Shown one piece after another: positions 45,370 through 58,865 of a stretch of DNA of 64,000 nucleotides. Source of the stretch: the human T2T-CHM13v2.0 reference genome, Homo sapiens. Under the pieces are notes generated by a model. The model worked only from the letters and a program-made list of their open reading frames with translations. It was not told where the DNA came from and ran no database searches. The DNA is taken from assembly GCF_009914755.1 (NCBI RefSeq), contig NC_060947.1; one strand, given 5' to 3'. Both the position numbers and the translations under genes were made by a program. Within the stretch, counting starts at the first letter, position 1. Every line of letters begins with the position of its first letter.

Positions 45370-47060
45370 TCTATGACAGAGCACGGAATGTCTTTTCATT
45401 TGTTCAAATCAACTTTTGTGTTCTTGCACATTTCCTGTTAAGTTTATTCATAAATATTTTATTATTTTTCTGTTGCTATTGTTATTTTTCATTATATTTT
45501 GTATGAATAAAAGTTATTAATTTCCACATATTAATTTTGTATTTTACTACTTTACTGAACTCTCTAAATATTTATACTAGTAGTAGTAGATTTTTCAGTT
45601 GGTTCTCTTGAGTTTTCCAGATAGACTGTCATATCATTCACAAGTAGCTACCATGTTACCATCTCCTTTCTAATTTGTATACCTTTAGTTATTTTTCCTA
45701 AGTGCCTTAATGTCTACCTTGAGTACAATGTTGCATAATAATGCTAATGTAGGTATCCCTGTCTTGTTCCTGGTACTAGTCATAATTCTATATTTCCCCA
45801 TTAAACATAGTTTTGGCTTTTGTATATATATTTTCCCTGAATTAGTATTATTAAAGATTTTCATGAAGAATTTAGGTTGAATGTTGCAAAATCTGTTTAG
45901 CATATCAGTAGCTGATCATATAATTTTTGCATTAGATTCCAGGCGCAGATGGATTCATAGAAGACTTCTAGTATACCTTGAAAAAGTAGATGATGCTAAT
46001 TTGTTTTGTCAATTCCAGAACCTAATGTATGAAAGAAAAACTTCTAAATCATAAAGCAAGCATAACAATCATGCCAAAATTACTAGAAAAGATTACACAC
46101 ACACACACACACACACACAAAATAACTGAAGACAAGTCTCACTTAGGAAAATGGATGTAAAAATGCTATGTAGCAAACAATTCAGCTAGAAATTTAAAAA
46201 TAAGTTATGACCAAGTACGATTTATTTAATAATGCAACGATAATTTATTATAAGAAAATCTATTACTAAAATATTTCATGTTAATTTATCTAAGGAGAAA
46301 AATCATATGGCTAAATGCTGAAAACTGTAGCCCTTGAAAAAATTTTTCTAGGGAAATGGGCTACTTAGATTTTTTAAAAATATCTCCTCAGTTTCAGTAA
46401 AGTATATTTTTCTACAAAACTGTCCATTTCATCCTGATTTTCCAATGTATATGTATAAGTTAAAGTAGTCTCTTAAGAGTCTTTTAATTTTCTGTGTTCT
46501 TTCCCATTATTGTTTCTTATTTTATATAGCTATATTTTCTCTCTTTCTTGATTAGTCTAGCAGTTTAGTTTATTTAAAAAGCTAGTTCTTCATTGTATTT
46601 ATTATTCAGCTAATATTCTTTTTTAACTCATTAACTCCTGCTTTTATCTTTATTAATTCCTTTATTCTATTTTCCCCTAGTCCATTTTGTTGTTTACTGA
46701 TAAAAATATTAAATCTCATTCTGAGTATGTCTCTAGATAGGTCATATAAATTGTGGTATAAATTGCTTTATTACTATTTTGTAGACACTGTGCAATTTCA
46801 GCTTGTATTTCTTCTTTGGTTCAAGGACTAAGAAATTCATGCTTTCCCCAGAAAGCAAAATCTTTTTATTTCCTACATTTTGTTGTTTTATTTTTAGTTT
46901 TATCACATTATGGGAAAATATTTGCTATATTGTTTTTAATTTTTGAAGTTTATTGAGATTGTCTTTGCAGTCTAGTACATGGTTGATTTTTATGAATATT
47001 CTATGGGTACTTGCAAAGAAGGCATATTCTTTATTTACAGAATTCAGAAAATACCGGTTA
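45370..47060 (-). mobile_element. Ancient L1M ORF2 fragment with internal inverted segment (about 45935-46325)
   Basis: Degenerate ORF2 motifs: minus strand LENQDEMDSF and NKTGIPT; plus strand PGADGF...KNHM in the middle. Confidence 0.75.
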
Positions 47061-47099
47061 GATTTTCCGTGTTGCTTATGTTACTTAGATCTTCCATTT

Positions 47100-47345
47100 G
47101 ATCTCCCTTCAGCTGTCAGCTTACTAGAGATTTCCATAGATATTTTCTCAAACTTGCACAACCTGAGGCCAGATGATCTCCTTTTCTCTGCTTTTCTAGC
47201 ACCTGTACTTCCTGCTACTTTAACAATTCTTGCATTGCATTATAATTTACTTGTCCATACATTCAAGGTCCTTGAAAACAGGACCTGACAGCTGTTAGCA
47301 CATAGAATGACCTCAAAATCATTTGTTGAATGAATGGATGAGTAT
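47100..47345 (+). mobile_element. L2 3' end
   Basis: AAGGTCCTTGAAAACAGGACC...ATTTGTTGAATGAATGGATGA. Confidence 0.6.
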
Positions 47346-49239
47346 TTTATAACTTTCTCCCATTTAGAATTTCTCTTTAAAGAGAAGGCTGGAGGGGAGG
47401 GGTCAGGGAAGGAGACACTGGGAAGAAAATATTATAGATACATTGGAGGTGTCCGGCAAATGGAAAATCTTCCAAACAAGTTCTATAATTCTCAGTCAGA
47501 CACTGGCAGCCTAACACATTGGTACTCAGATATGGATCAGTAGCACGCCATCAGCCCAACTGCAACAGGAAAAATGGCAAATGGGCCAGTGTTCATCACC
47601 AGCATTACCTATTTCCCTAATTTTGTACCCTGCCTCTGAAGACACCACTAATCTCATATTATTATTCTGGCTTCAATGTTTAGAAACTTCCTCAGTCCTT
47701 TTCTCCCTTTTGCAATGAAAATTCCAATTAGGCCAGTCTCAGTTGAGTATTGGTTTTATTAAAGTAACTTGCAAGGAGTTGTGACTGACTCTATCAACTT
47801 AATTTTTCAGGGCATATTTTCTTTGCCAAATGGGAGCCTGCTAATCTAAATACATCTTCTGAATAGCTCTTCCACTTTCATGCCTAATCATACTTTGTGA
47901 ATGCATGGAATCAGCATAGTTTATTGGAGGCGGCCATATACAATCTTGCCCTTTCCCTTTCGTTTCCTCATCTGAAAAATGATAAATTCCATTAGCTGAT
48001 TTAGAAAGTTGTCTCAGCTCTGAAGTTCTGGCATTTAGCCTTTGTAAATTATTTTAAATAACCCCAATCACCATTGGAGAATTGCTGAGGGTAAGCAAGG
48101 CAAATATTGAATTCATAATAAATCCTCAAACGGCAGATGGCATGGTGGAGGGGATGTATAGTCAGTCTTTGACCATCCACAGCACTGAGGTATGGCACAA
48201 ATCATCTTAACAGTGGATAATACAGAAATAGGTTATCAATGATCAAAGACAAAGAATGGAGAAAGGCCTAAGAGATCATCTGGTCCATGTCCTTTCCATA
48301 GACATAAATCCCCTGGGAAAAGGTAGTGTAGGTTAATCAAATATTCTTATTAATTGCTAGGTGCAAGATACCAGGAAAACTAATGCTGAAAGAATTAGAG
48401 TAAAATAAAAGATATTCCAAGTGGTAAAACTAGAATGAGTATGTGATGTCACAGTGGAAATAAAGCTGGACCAAGAATCTAGCTCCAGGCTTGGTTTTTC
48501 TCTTAACTGGTTCTTTGAGATTGGGAAAATCTCTCAAGCTCTCTGACCTCAGTATTTGCACAAGTATTGTATGTAGAGATAGAATGAGTTATATATTAAC
48601 TTTTTGAAAAATTAGTTTATCCTACACAAAATACATAATAATAATAATTGTTCACAGTGACAATGTGCTTCATGTGAGAGAAAATCAGGCAAAATGATAC
48701 AAACTTGGTATTTTCATAATGTTACTCATTAATGAAAAGCCTTCATTATCACCACTATGAGTCATAACACTGGATAAAGCTCAACAAATGTTTATGGTAA
48801 AAATCAAATTCAATTATGCATTATAAAAGCATAAATGGATCTCTAGCATTTGAGAGACTATACAGTTGATATACAGTTTATCCAAAATTCCATGGAAATA
48901 ATTTTGCCTGGCTTTCTGAAAATTAATAATTAATAGTTTTAGATGTAAAGGTAAAACTGAGCTGTTTCAAACCAAACAGTAATTTTAAAGCAAGAATTGT
49001 AGCAGGAAAGTTAGCCCCTCTCTGATAGCATTGATGTCAAGAAACAGCAGTTTTCCCATATCTCTTAAGTGCTACTATCCAGGAAGAAGTCACACAAGAA
49101 TGACTCCCACGTTTAACTTTAATGAAGATCCTAAATTGGATGAAACTATTAATTAATCTAACTAATTTGCAGCACTCAGGGCATTGATTCTAATGGCCGG
49201 ATAGAAGTATAAAAGGTAATTCCACCATGATGATGAGAG

Positions 49240-49490
49240 TTAACATGTTTGAGCATTTACAAGGTACCAGGCCCAGTTCTAAAGCACTACCTACTTGTTA
49301 TTTCACAGATATCTCAATACTTACAGCAAACCTATTAGGTGGGCTCCATTATTATCCTCATTTTTCAGCTGAGAAAACTGAAGCACAGAGTCATTAAGTA
49401 TTGTGTCCAAACTGTACAGCTAGGAAGAGGCAAGACAGGATTTAGACCCTCAAAGTCCAATACTAGTGCTTACAGGGTTTATCACCACTC
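49240..49490 (-). mobile_element. MIR
   Basis: ATTATTATCCTCATTTTTCAGCTGAGAAAACTGAAGCACAGAG. Confidence 0.8.
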
Positions 49491-49896
49491 TGACTCAGCA
49501 CTGATAGAGTGCAAGTCAATCATCTATTCTCTTGTATTTATTTACCTCTGTAAAACAGATTACACAAGGGCAGGAACCAAATGTTAATCATCTTTGTATA
49601 CTTCTCAGCATTTCACACACAAGGAACAGTCTACGGTGATTTGTTGACTTATTGCTGAAAATATGCAATTCATTTTGGGGCCCCATATCTGTGTATACAA
49701 TGACAAGTGGAAATTGAGATGAGAATTTATTTAAGTGATTCCGTAATAAACCCTTACAATTAAATGTTTTAAGATATGAATTATCCAGTTTTACTTTTTA
49801 TGATCATTAAAATTAGAGAAAATTTGTTGATTCAGACTATATTAGGTAATGATTAGCTTGAATTAAAATATAGGATTAAAGCAGTAATTCATAATA

Positions 49897-50112
49897 CTTT
49901 TTTTCTATAAAGAGATAAATAGATAACATTTTAGGCTTTCTGGGCTTAAAGTTCTCTGTTGCAGCTACTCAACTCTACCATGGTAAGTGGGCACTAGAGA
50001 GCCATAGAGAATATGTAAATGAATGGGTATGGCTTTGTTCTAATTAAACTGTATTTGCAAAAGCAAGTAGCAGAACAGATTTAACTGATGGACAGTAGTT
50101 TGATGACTCCTG
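49897..50112 (-). mobile_element. MER58A
   Basis: CTCTGTTGCAGCTACTCAACTCT...GCCATAGAGAATATGTAAATGAATGG...TAGTTTGATGACTCCTG. Confidence 0.8.
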
Positions 50113-50421
50113 GACTTCAGCTTAGGTAAACTGATTTTGAATAGCTACTTTTATACATGTTCAAGCATGGAGCCTACTTGAATGGATAGATTAAAAATGA
50201 ATATATTATGGTTTTTCTTCTCTTATACTGATTAATTATCCTCCCAGATACCTTGCTTATTATTTTTAAACTGAACTTTTCTCTTTAAATAGTAAAGAAA
50301 AAAAAATCAAATTTTTCCAAATTCTGGATTCATGAGGCCCAAAATAAGCAACTTATCTCCCTTTTCTCATCTTTTTTATCTATCTATATTTCTTTCTCTC
50401 TCCTCCACAACAAAGATAACA

Positions 50422-51025
50422 TATATTAACTGTCAATTGCTGCATAACAAATTTCTGCCAGATTTTAGTGGCTTAAACAATATTTTAATCTTACAGTTTT
50501 TATGAGCATTTTTATCTTGTAGTTTCTATGGGTTAGGAATCCAGGCACAACTCAGCTGGAACCTCTCTTTCAGAGTCTCCCACAAGGCTGAAATCTCACA
50601 TGATTTCATAGCCAAGGCTGTAGTCTCACATGAAGGCTCAACTAGAGAAGGATCTACTTCCAAAGCTCACTCATATAGTTGTTGGCAAGATTCAGTTCCT
50701 CCTGTGCTGTCAGACTGAGGCCTCAGCTCTTCACTGGCTATTGGCTGAATGCTACCCTCAGTTCCTTGCTAGGTAGCCCTCTCCACAAAGGCAACATGAG
50801 AAGAGCCAGCAAGAGAGTGCCAGCACGAAAGAAAGTGCAAGCAAGATGGAAGGCAGTCTTTTATAACCTAATTGTGGAAGTAACATCCCATCAATTTTGA
50901 CACATTGTATTTGTTAGAAACAAGTCAGTAGGTCAGCCCATAGTCAAGGGGAGCAGATTATCCAAGCACATGAATACCAAGAGACACGAATCATTGGGGC
51001 CCATTTTAGAAGGCTGCCTACCACA
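50422..51025 (-). mobile_element. MLT1F-family solo LTR
   Basis: TTGCTGCATAACAAA...TTTTATAACCTAATTGTGGAAGTAACATCCCATCA...GGCTGCCTACCACA. Confidence 0.8.
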
Positions 51026-51076
51026 CACTATTTTAATAAAACTAACTCTGCATTGGTCTTTTAGTGTAATGCTGTT

Positions 51077-53346
51077 TGTATTAGTCCGTTTTCACACTGC
51101 TGACAAAGACATACTGAAGACTGGGCAATTTACAAAAGAAAGAGGTTTAATTGACTTACAGTTCCATGTGGCAGGGGAGGCTTCACAGCCATGGCAGAAG
51201 ATGAAAGGCACGTCTCACATGGCAGCAGACAAGAGAAGAGAGCTTGTGCAGGGAGACTTCCATTTTTAAAATCATCACATGTCGTGAGACTTATTTACTA
51301 TCATGAGAATAGCACGGGAAAGACCTGCCCCCATGATTCAATTACCTCCCACTGGGTCCCTCCCACAACACGTGGAAATTCAAGATGAAATTTTTGGTGG
51401 GGAGACAGCCAAACCATATCATTCTGCCCCTAGCCCCTCTAAATCTCATGTCCTCACATTTCAAAACCAATCATGCCTTCCCAACAGTCCCCCAAAGTCT
51501 TAACTCATTTCACCATTAACTCAAAAGTCCACAGTCCAAAGTCTCATCTGAGACAAGGCAAGTTCCTTCCACCTATGAGCCTGTAAAATCAAAAACAAGT
51601 TAGTTACTTCCTAGATACAATCGGGATACAGGCATTGGGCAAATACAGCCATTCCAAATGGGAAAAATTGGTCAAAACAAAGGGGCTACAGGCCCCATGC
51701 AAGTCCAGAATTCAGCAGGGCAGTCAAATCTTAAAGCCCCAAAATGATCTCCTTTGACTCCATGTCTCACATCCAGGTGACTCTGATGCAAGAGATGGGT
51801 TCCCATGGTCTCAGGCAGCTCTGCCCCTGTGGATTTGCAAGGTACAGCCTCCCTCCTGGCTATTTTCACAGGCTGGCATTGAATGTCTGCAGCTTTTCCA
51901 GGTGTACAGTACAAGCTGTCAGTGGAGCTATCATTCTGGGGTCGGAAGGACGGTGGCCCTCTTCTCACAGGTGCACTAGGTGGTGTCTCAGTAGGGACTC
52001 TGTGTGGGGGCTCCCAACCCACATTTCACTTCTTCACTGCCCTAGCAGAGGTTCTCCATGAGAACATCAACCCTACAGCAAACTTCTGCTTGGGCATCCA
52101 GGTGTTTCTATACCTCTTCTGAAATCTAGGTTCCCAAACCTCAGTTCTTGACTTTTGTACACTCACAGGTTCAACACCACGTGGAAGCTGCCAAGGCTTG
52201 AGGCTTGCACCCTCTGAAGCCACAGCCTGAGCTCTATGTTGGCCCCTTTCAGCCACAGCTGGAATGGCTGGGATGCAGGTCACCAAGTCCCAAGGCTGCA
52301 TGCTGCAAACAGCACAGGGACCCCAGGCCCAACCCATGAAACCACATTTTCCTCCTAGGCCTCTGGGCCTGTGATGGGAGGGGCTGCTGCAAAGGTCTCC
52401 AACATGCCCTGGAGACATTTTCTTCATTGTCTTGGTGATTAATATTTGGCCCCTCGACTTATGCAGATTTCTGCAGACAGCTTGAATTTCTCCTCAGAAA
52501 ATGGGATTTACTTTTCTATTGCATTGTCAGGCTGCAAATTTTCCAAACTTTTATGCTGTTTCCCTTTTGAAACTGAATGCCTTTAACCACACCGAAGTCA
52601 CCTCTTGAATGCTTTGCTGCTTAGAAATTTCTTCTACAAGATACCCTAAATCATCTCTCTCAAGTTCAAAGTTCCACAAATCTCTAGGCCAGGGGCAAAA
52701 TGCCTCCAGTCTCTTTGCTAAAACATAATAAGAGTCACCTTTGCTCTGGTTCCCAACAAGTTTCTTATCTCCACCTGAGATCACCTCAGCCTGGACCTTA
52801 TTGTTCATATCACTATCGGCATTTTTGTCAAAGCCATTCAACAAGTCTCTAGGAAGTTCCAAACTTTCCTATATTTTCCTGTCTTCTGAGCCCTCCAAAC
52901 TGTTCCAACCTCTGCCTGTTACCCAGTTGCAAAGTCACTTCCATATTTTTGGCTATCTTTTCAGCAATACCCCACTCTATTGTACCAGTTTACTGTATTA
53001 GTTTGTTTTCACACTGCTGATAAAGACATATCTAAGACTGGGCAATTTAGAAAAGAAAGAGGTTTAATGGACTTATAGTCCCACGTGGCTGGGGAGGCCT
53101 CACAATCATGGTGGAAGGCAAGGAGAAGCAAGTCACATCTTATGTGGACGGCAGCAGGCAAAAGAGAGCTTGTGCAGAGAAACTCTCATTTTTAAAACCA
53201 CCAGATCTCGCGAGACTTATTCACTATCATGACAACAGCACGGGAAAGACCTGCCCCCATGATTCAATTACCTCCCACCAGGTCCCTCCCATAACACATG
53301 GAAATTTAAGATAAGATTTGGGTGGGGACACAGCCAAACCATATCA
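51077..53346 (-). mobile_element. Full THE1A/B MaLR provirus (3' LTR 51077-51421, internal 51422-52993, 5' LTR 52994-53346)
   Basis: Two TG...CA LTRs, about 1.57 kb THE1 internal region, perfect 5-bp TSD CTGTT at 51072-51076 and 53347-53351. Confidence 0.96.
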
Positions 53347-53884
53347 CTGTTAAAACCTTTAACTAACTGATGTCCTGTCAACAGGAGTAATTTGTACTTT
53401 CGTAATATCCACATCCTTATAGGCTCAAAATGTAACTGTGACTCTGTCCTCCTAAGGAGCTCAGGGTGGGACAGATTATTTATATAACATTTCTGCAAAT
53501 AAGGTGCTCTCATTATCTGACCCCAGGAGAGTTGGCATATGCTGAATGATTCTCGCACAGTATTAGACAGGAAATACTAGTTTCTGTTTCAGCTCCATTA
53601 TTCTAATTTTATAAATTTAAAACTAGCTGTGCAGAGCAAAAAGGGAAGTGATAGGTGTTAAATCATATGGGCAATATAGGTCCTAAATTGATTTGGTACT
53701 TACTGCTTGAAGAATGTTTTTTGATTCATGTCAACACTCCATTCTTACTGGTGATGGGCAAGCCAGCCAGGCATAGGATATTTGCTAGTAAGAAAAAAAT
53801 TTTCAGGATGTGTTTCTTTGCTATCCTGGTTCTAAATGGCAATGATGTGGCAGGCATCATTTTTGTGATAGGCTCTCCTGATCT

Positions 53885-54350
53885 AATTTGGGGTTTGAGT
53901 CATTTGTTTCAGTAAACTGCAGACCCTGTGACAAGCATTTGGATGCAGTTTATTTGAAAGATGGTGACAAGAAAGACAAGAGAGAATGTGGAATGTAAAT
54001 AGTGAAAAGAGAAAAGGCAAACAAGTGTATTATTGAGTTGGTTACCATGAGGGACAACTAGTGTTCAATTATGCTAGGGATCCTCCAAAAACTGTGTAGA
54101 ATTCTCTTCAGATTGCCCCAACAAGTACCAGGAAATCCAGGGTCTTTATCCACCAACCCCCATCCTTCCATGGTTGAGGACTGCCCCTGGTAGTGTTCTA
54201 GGCTTCCTTGCATGCATGTCAAGAAAGTTTCCAAGGTACCAGAGAAATCTCTTAGGCAGAAAAGCAGAGCTTGGGGTGAGTTGCTGAGGGTTTATGTGAG
54301 AATTGTCCATTGAATCTGCAAGTAAACTCAGTGTATCTGCTATGCACATA
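53885..54350 (-). mobile_element. LTR33-like ERVL LTR
   Basis: GCAGACCCTGTGACAAGCATTTGGATGCAGTTTATTTG...GGTTACCATGAGGGACAACT. Confidence 0.65.
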
Positions 54351-54607
54351 GTATTGCACATGCAATTGTTTTTCCTGAATTAGTACTATTTGCTTCTAAG
54401 CAAGGAATTCACTATTTTAGGCAAGTCTTGCCTGGCACATAGAGGCATTCAATGAATAGACATTATCAGATGATACTGAAAGTGCTAAGAATGCAGAGTA
54501 GAGGGCCTGAAGGCTGTTACTGGGACTCACAGCTCTGATCACCTTGACATTGGGAACCCATACTGCTATTGACGTGGTTTCCTCTCTCATCACTTTTTAT
54601 TTCCCTT

Positions 54608-54790
54608 GAGTCACAGAATCTTAGAATAGCAGAACCCTTGAAAATTATCAGCCCGATCCTTTTATATCCCAAGTGGGAGTGTGAGACCCCAAATCGTGAG
54701 ATAATGTGCCCAAATTTGCAATGTGAGCCAGTGGCAAAGCTGAGGTCCACATTTTTGGCATCTTCTCATGGCTCTCTCTAACACAGCCTT
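54608..54790 (-). mobile_element. MIR (MIR3/MIRc-like)
   Basis: TCACAGAATCTTAGAAT...TGCCCAAATT...GAGCCAGTGGCAAAGCTG. Confidence 0.55.
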
Positions 54791-56599
54791 GCTGCTTTCT
54801 CTTACTTTAGATAGTCATACTGGATTGATTTCCGCCAAGGGGCTGAGATTGATCTAAACTTTCTGAAGCAGATGTATGCAACTGATATGTTAGAAACTGA
54901 GGCACTCAATGAGCCCAACCAAAATATTTTCACACTTACACTTTATCTTTTAAGCATTCTGTACACTTCCATATTGAAAAATAATAATGCTATCTGATGG
55001 CATGGCCTTTTATTTCTTCAAAGAGCTTACACATCTACTTATGTCATTTTACTCAAGAGGCAGTAGGATTTCTTTTTAATCATTACAGACTCCTGTAGGC
55101 TAGTATCTATTGCAAATAGGTATTTAACTATTAATGGGTGATTTGTGCTTCTGGTTTTTTTGTTAAAGAGAAAGGAATGGAGCTGACTTGTATCAAAATG
55201 CTGCTCAACTATAGGAAGTGGATACAGTAGAGACATAATCTTTGGTAATTTATAACTAACAAAAAGTGAGATCAACAGCCCAGCCAGAAGCTTTTGAACC
55301 ACATTAATTACAAACCTTTGACTGACCTGTAGCTCCTTTTCTTGTTTTCTCCTCCCCACATGGAACCTGGAGCGTGGTGGATGCCTGGAATTTTTCCATT
55401 TCAGTTTCACTTTGAATAGTATGAAACAGTAGGTAGCTGATTAACTTCAAGAGCTTTAGGTTAGAACACACTAGGCTTGAGCGCCCAGAGTGCCATGCCA
55501 AGAAGGGAAGGTGTCTGGCAAGTTGGCTCCTATCGAGACATCCTTGATGATCTGCAGCCTCCACTGTGAGCTCACATTAAAGTACAGAGCTGACACTAAA
55601 TCAGTCCACAAGCCAGAGTCTGGGTCGGAAAGCTTCTCGGCTACCACTGACTCTACCATTCAATTGAAATTCATATTTCACACTATACTCTCATATGTTA
55701 AATACTCTATGGCCCTCCACTAAAGGAATCCCTGTTCTCATCCCCAGGATGTAGCATCACAGTGCTCAGAGGGTTCAGGTGCATTGGTGGAGAAGTTCAG
55801 CACCAGAAGGGGCCTCTTTGTATCCTGGAGTTATCACAAGATTCTAGGTATTCTGAGGAAATGATTTCTCCATCACTGCAACTTGAACTGGGCTTCTAAG
55901 ACTGCCTCTATTTTGTACTCCAGAATCACCCATTCCCTACATATCTTACCCACTGTTCATCTCAGGAGTACATCATCCATAATTGTTATGAGATGATGAC
56001 GCATCTGCACATAGTCACTTAACACAGGTACACCCACTCACTCTGGTAAGGTTCTGAGTTTGAGAAATGGTCAGGGGTGAAAGGTTTGGCCACTGCTTCC
56101 TTCCTGATTTGGCTCCTCATCCCACTATAGGAGGCATAGGCAACTTGGAAATCATAAACCAACAAGCTCAGTCCAGGGAGTGGAGACCTGTCAGCTCTTC
56201 CATATTCCTCTACCCATCACTATAAACCTTACCCACCATTCCAAGGCCTTTCCAAATAACAGTTATTAAACTTCCCTCTTTTATTTCCTTGCTTGTAAGT
56301 ATGAATTTTGAACCTGGGTTAGGGTAGGGAGTAAATGCACAAATAGTATACAAGTAGTCGAGGCACTAATTGCTGACTGAGAAAACAAATGAAGATTGCG
56401 GTTATCTGCCATCTATGAACACTTATCTTCACAGTATGTCCATGGCTGCAGGTGTGACAGTGCTACTGTTGTTTCTTGCTTGCCAGTCCCACTGCATGTA
56501 CCTTCTCACCTCTTTTCCACATCAGATGTTGTCATCTGGTGTAAGCACAGTCTGTGAGTAATTCTTCTGACTCATCGCCAGAGAGGGAGGTTCCCACAG

Positions 56600-57270
56600 G
56601 GGTCAGTGAGGCAGAAAAGCACAGAATTTGGAGTCAAGCCAGATTTAATGCAAATCGCAGCTCAACCATTCTTTTGCTGTGTGATCTTGGTAAAGTTAAT
56701 GAGTGAACTCAGTTTCCTTATCCTTATAATGGAGATAACTCATAGAATGGTGGTGGTGTAAGCTTTTTGTTGATGATAGTGGTGGTGGTGATTTTGTTCT
56801 GTTTTCTTTTTGTAACAGCATATATCAGTCCCCATGATATACAGGAGTGCTCACTGCAATGAAGTTCCATTTATGTGAACTTAGATTATGTGAATTTAAA
56901 GCAAAGCAATATAAAAATACTAACAAAGTCTTAGTCCATGCACAAAACATCAAATACAAGATATTTTACTTTACATTATTCCTGTGGAGAAAACTGCCTT
57001 GAATTATGCAAGTTTTGAATTATGCAGTGTCTTCAGGGGCTCATCCCTTACAAGCCAATGTGTCTGAGAATCTACAATCTGCCAAATGAGTGTTAAGTTT
57101 TATATAAAGTATCTTATTCAATCCTTCAATGACCCCATGAAACTGGAATGTGTGGGCCCCTACTTTGATATGAAGAAATCAAGATTCAAAAAGGTTAAGT
57201 AATTTTTCCAAATTCATTGGTCATTCACCTAGGATTCAAATCCAAGTTGGTCTAGCTTCAAAAATATTCA
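56600..57270. mobile_element. MIR (+), uncertain old DNA-transposon-like piece, MIR (-)
   Basis: GCTGTGTGATCTTGGTAAAGTTA...CTCAGTTTCCTTATC and TTCAATCCTTCAATGACCCCATGA...AGGTTAAGTAA. Confidence 0.55.
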
Positions 57271-57324
57271 TTATTTTTCCTTTTTTTTCTTTCTTCCATA
57301 TCTTCATAGTCTCCCAGTTTTTCT

Positions 57325-57390
57325 CTTCTCTTTCTTTCTCCTTTTCTCTCTCTCTCTCCCATGCACACACACACAAACACACACACTCTC
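57325..57390. repeat. (CT)n/(CA)n compound microsatellite
   Basis: Direct inspection. Confidence 0.85.
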
Positions 57391-58808
57391 TGACTACACA
57401 AACATTTATTAAGTGAAGCATCATCTCATCATCTCCCCAAAGCCCATTGTTGTCTTTCCAATACTGAGATCACCCAATTGGGTCTTTTCTTCATTGAGAT
57501 TGTTTTTCCACCAGTGGGCAATTTGTTCCGAATCCCCACTTCCCCCTTATTCCTGCCCTTGTTAGATAATAAACATACATCACTTGTTTTGTCACTGAAG
57601 GTGCAGGCACAGGAAGTAGACTATGGCAGGAATCAATGTGCTTGTCTATCAGCCAAAAATGTAGTGACGTGGCAGACATAAGCACAGGGAAGAAGATGCT
57701 GCATTGCCCTACTTCCTCCAGATGCTAACCCCTCCTTCACCTTGACTCTCTCAGATGCCTACATTTGCAGGAGGCTGAGACTTAGAGGTGCCTTTCTGCA
57801 GAGTGTCCCTATGGTGCCTCTAACAATGGATATCACCTGGTGTTGCTTGTGTATTCTAGGGCTGGCAGTTTTACTCTTCTTGTACCTCTCCACTCATGAA
57901 ACTCACACGGATAGTAAGTTTTGGCAAGCTACTTTAAACAATTTTCTGACCACCATAATGGAGAGAAATGTATTCATCTTTGGAAAGAATATCAACTCAC
58001 TAGGCCTGTGTACCGTCCAATGCCCAACAAACTAATTGGTCCCCAAAGGTCCATTTATAATTGGGTGGTTCCTGCAGATACCAGGCTTGGAGGCATTGCC
58101 ACTCAGTGTCTGTTTCTGCAAACAGCACTTTAATAAGTAACTCTTTACTCAACTACTCAGTATAGAACTCAACAATATTAGATATGGAGAGAAAATGGGG
58201 TGAGGGTGGTGACACTGGGATGGGCCAGGTAGTCAGTGCTGTCATCATCCATCTCTGCCAAGGAAATCTGATTTCCCCAGCATTAAATGGCAGGTGTGAG
58301 CTCCTTAATTAGGCAATAAAAATGGCAACTTGGCAGTGAAACTATAAACATGAAATTGTACAGCACCATGAATCTTTGGCACCAGGATTAACTTGACTAT
58401 ATTTTTTTCTCGTGATACAGTTACTGAATATAGGTAAGAGATCAAACAGAAAAAGCAAAGCCAGAATTCTCATTCCCACCTCTGTTAATTACTAGCTATA
58501 TAAAGTTTAGATATGCATTTAATAAACTAATTTCCCCCCAAAATGGGAATGGAAAGCATGATGGTATACTTTATAGCACTCAATAAAAGATAAGTTGATT
58601 GGAGTTACCAAAGCCTTCTATTTTATGTAACAGAAACACATCTCAGGCTACTGTGGCCAACAGTTATCTCTCATTTCAACAGCTGCATTAATCAAGGTTA
58701 ATTACATATTTTCCACATATAAATTAGATAAAATGAAATTGTACTGTACAGAAAACTATTCTGCTTTACCAATAGTTTTCAGGCATAGTTTGAGAATAAT
58801 TAAACATT

Positions 58809-58865
58809 TTTATTTGTATAAATGTAAGTGGCACAAGTGCAATTTTGTTACATGGATATATTGTG
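58809..58865 (-). mobile_element. Ultra-short L1PB/L1MA 3' end with 17-bp TSD
   Basis: TTTATTTGTATAAA...CAAGTGCAATTTTGTTACATGGATATATTG; TSD GAGAATAATTAAACATT at 58792-58808 and 58866-58882. Confidence 0.85.

Noticed and set aside
51672-53001. ORFs of 80-133 aa in the THE1 internal region
   Set aside because: Fragmented MaLR internal sequence with no intact reading frame.
53085-53097. PRDM9 hotspot 13-mer in THE1 LTRs
   Set aside because: The minus strand reads CCTCCCCAGCCAC, the consensus form, not the hotspot-associated CCTCCCTAGCCAC. The other THE1 LTRs also lack the T.
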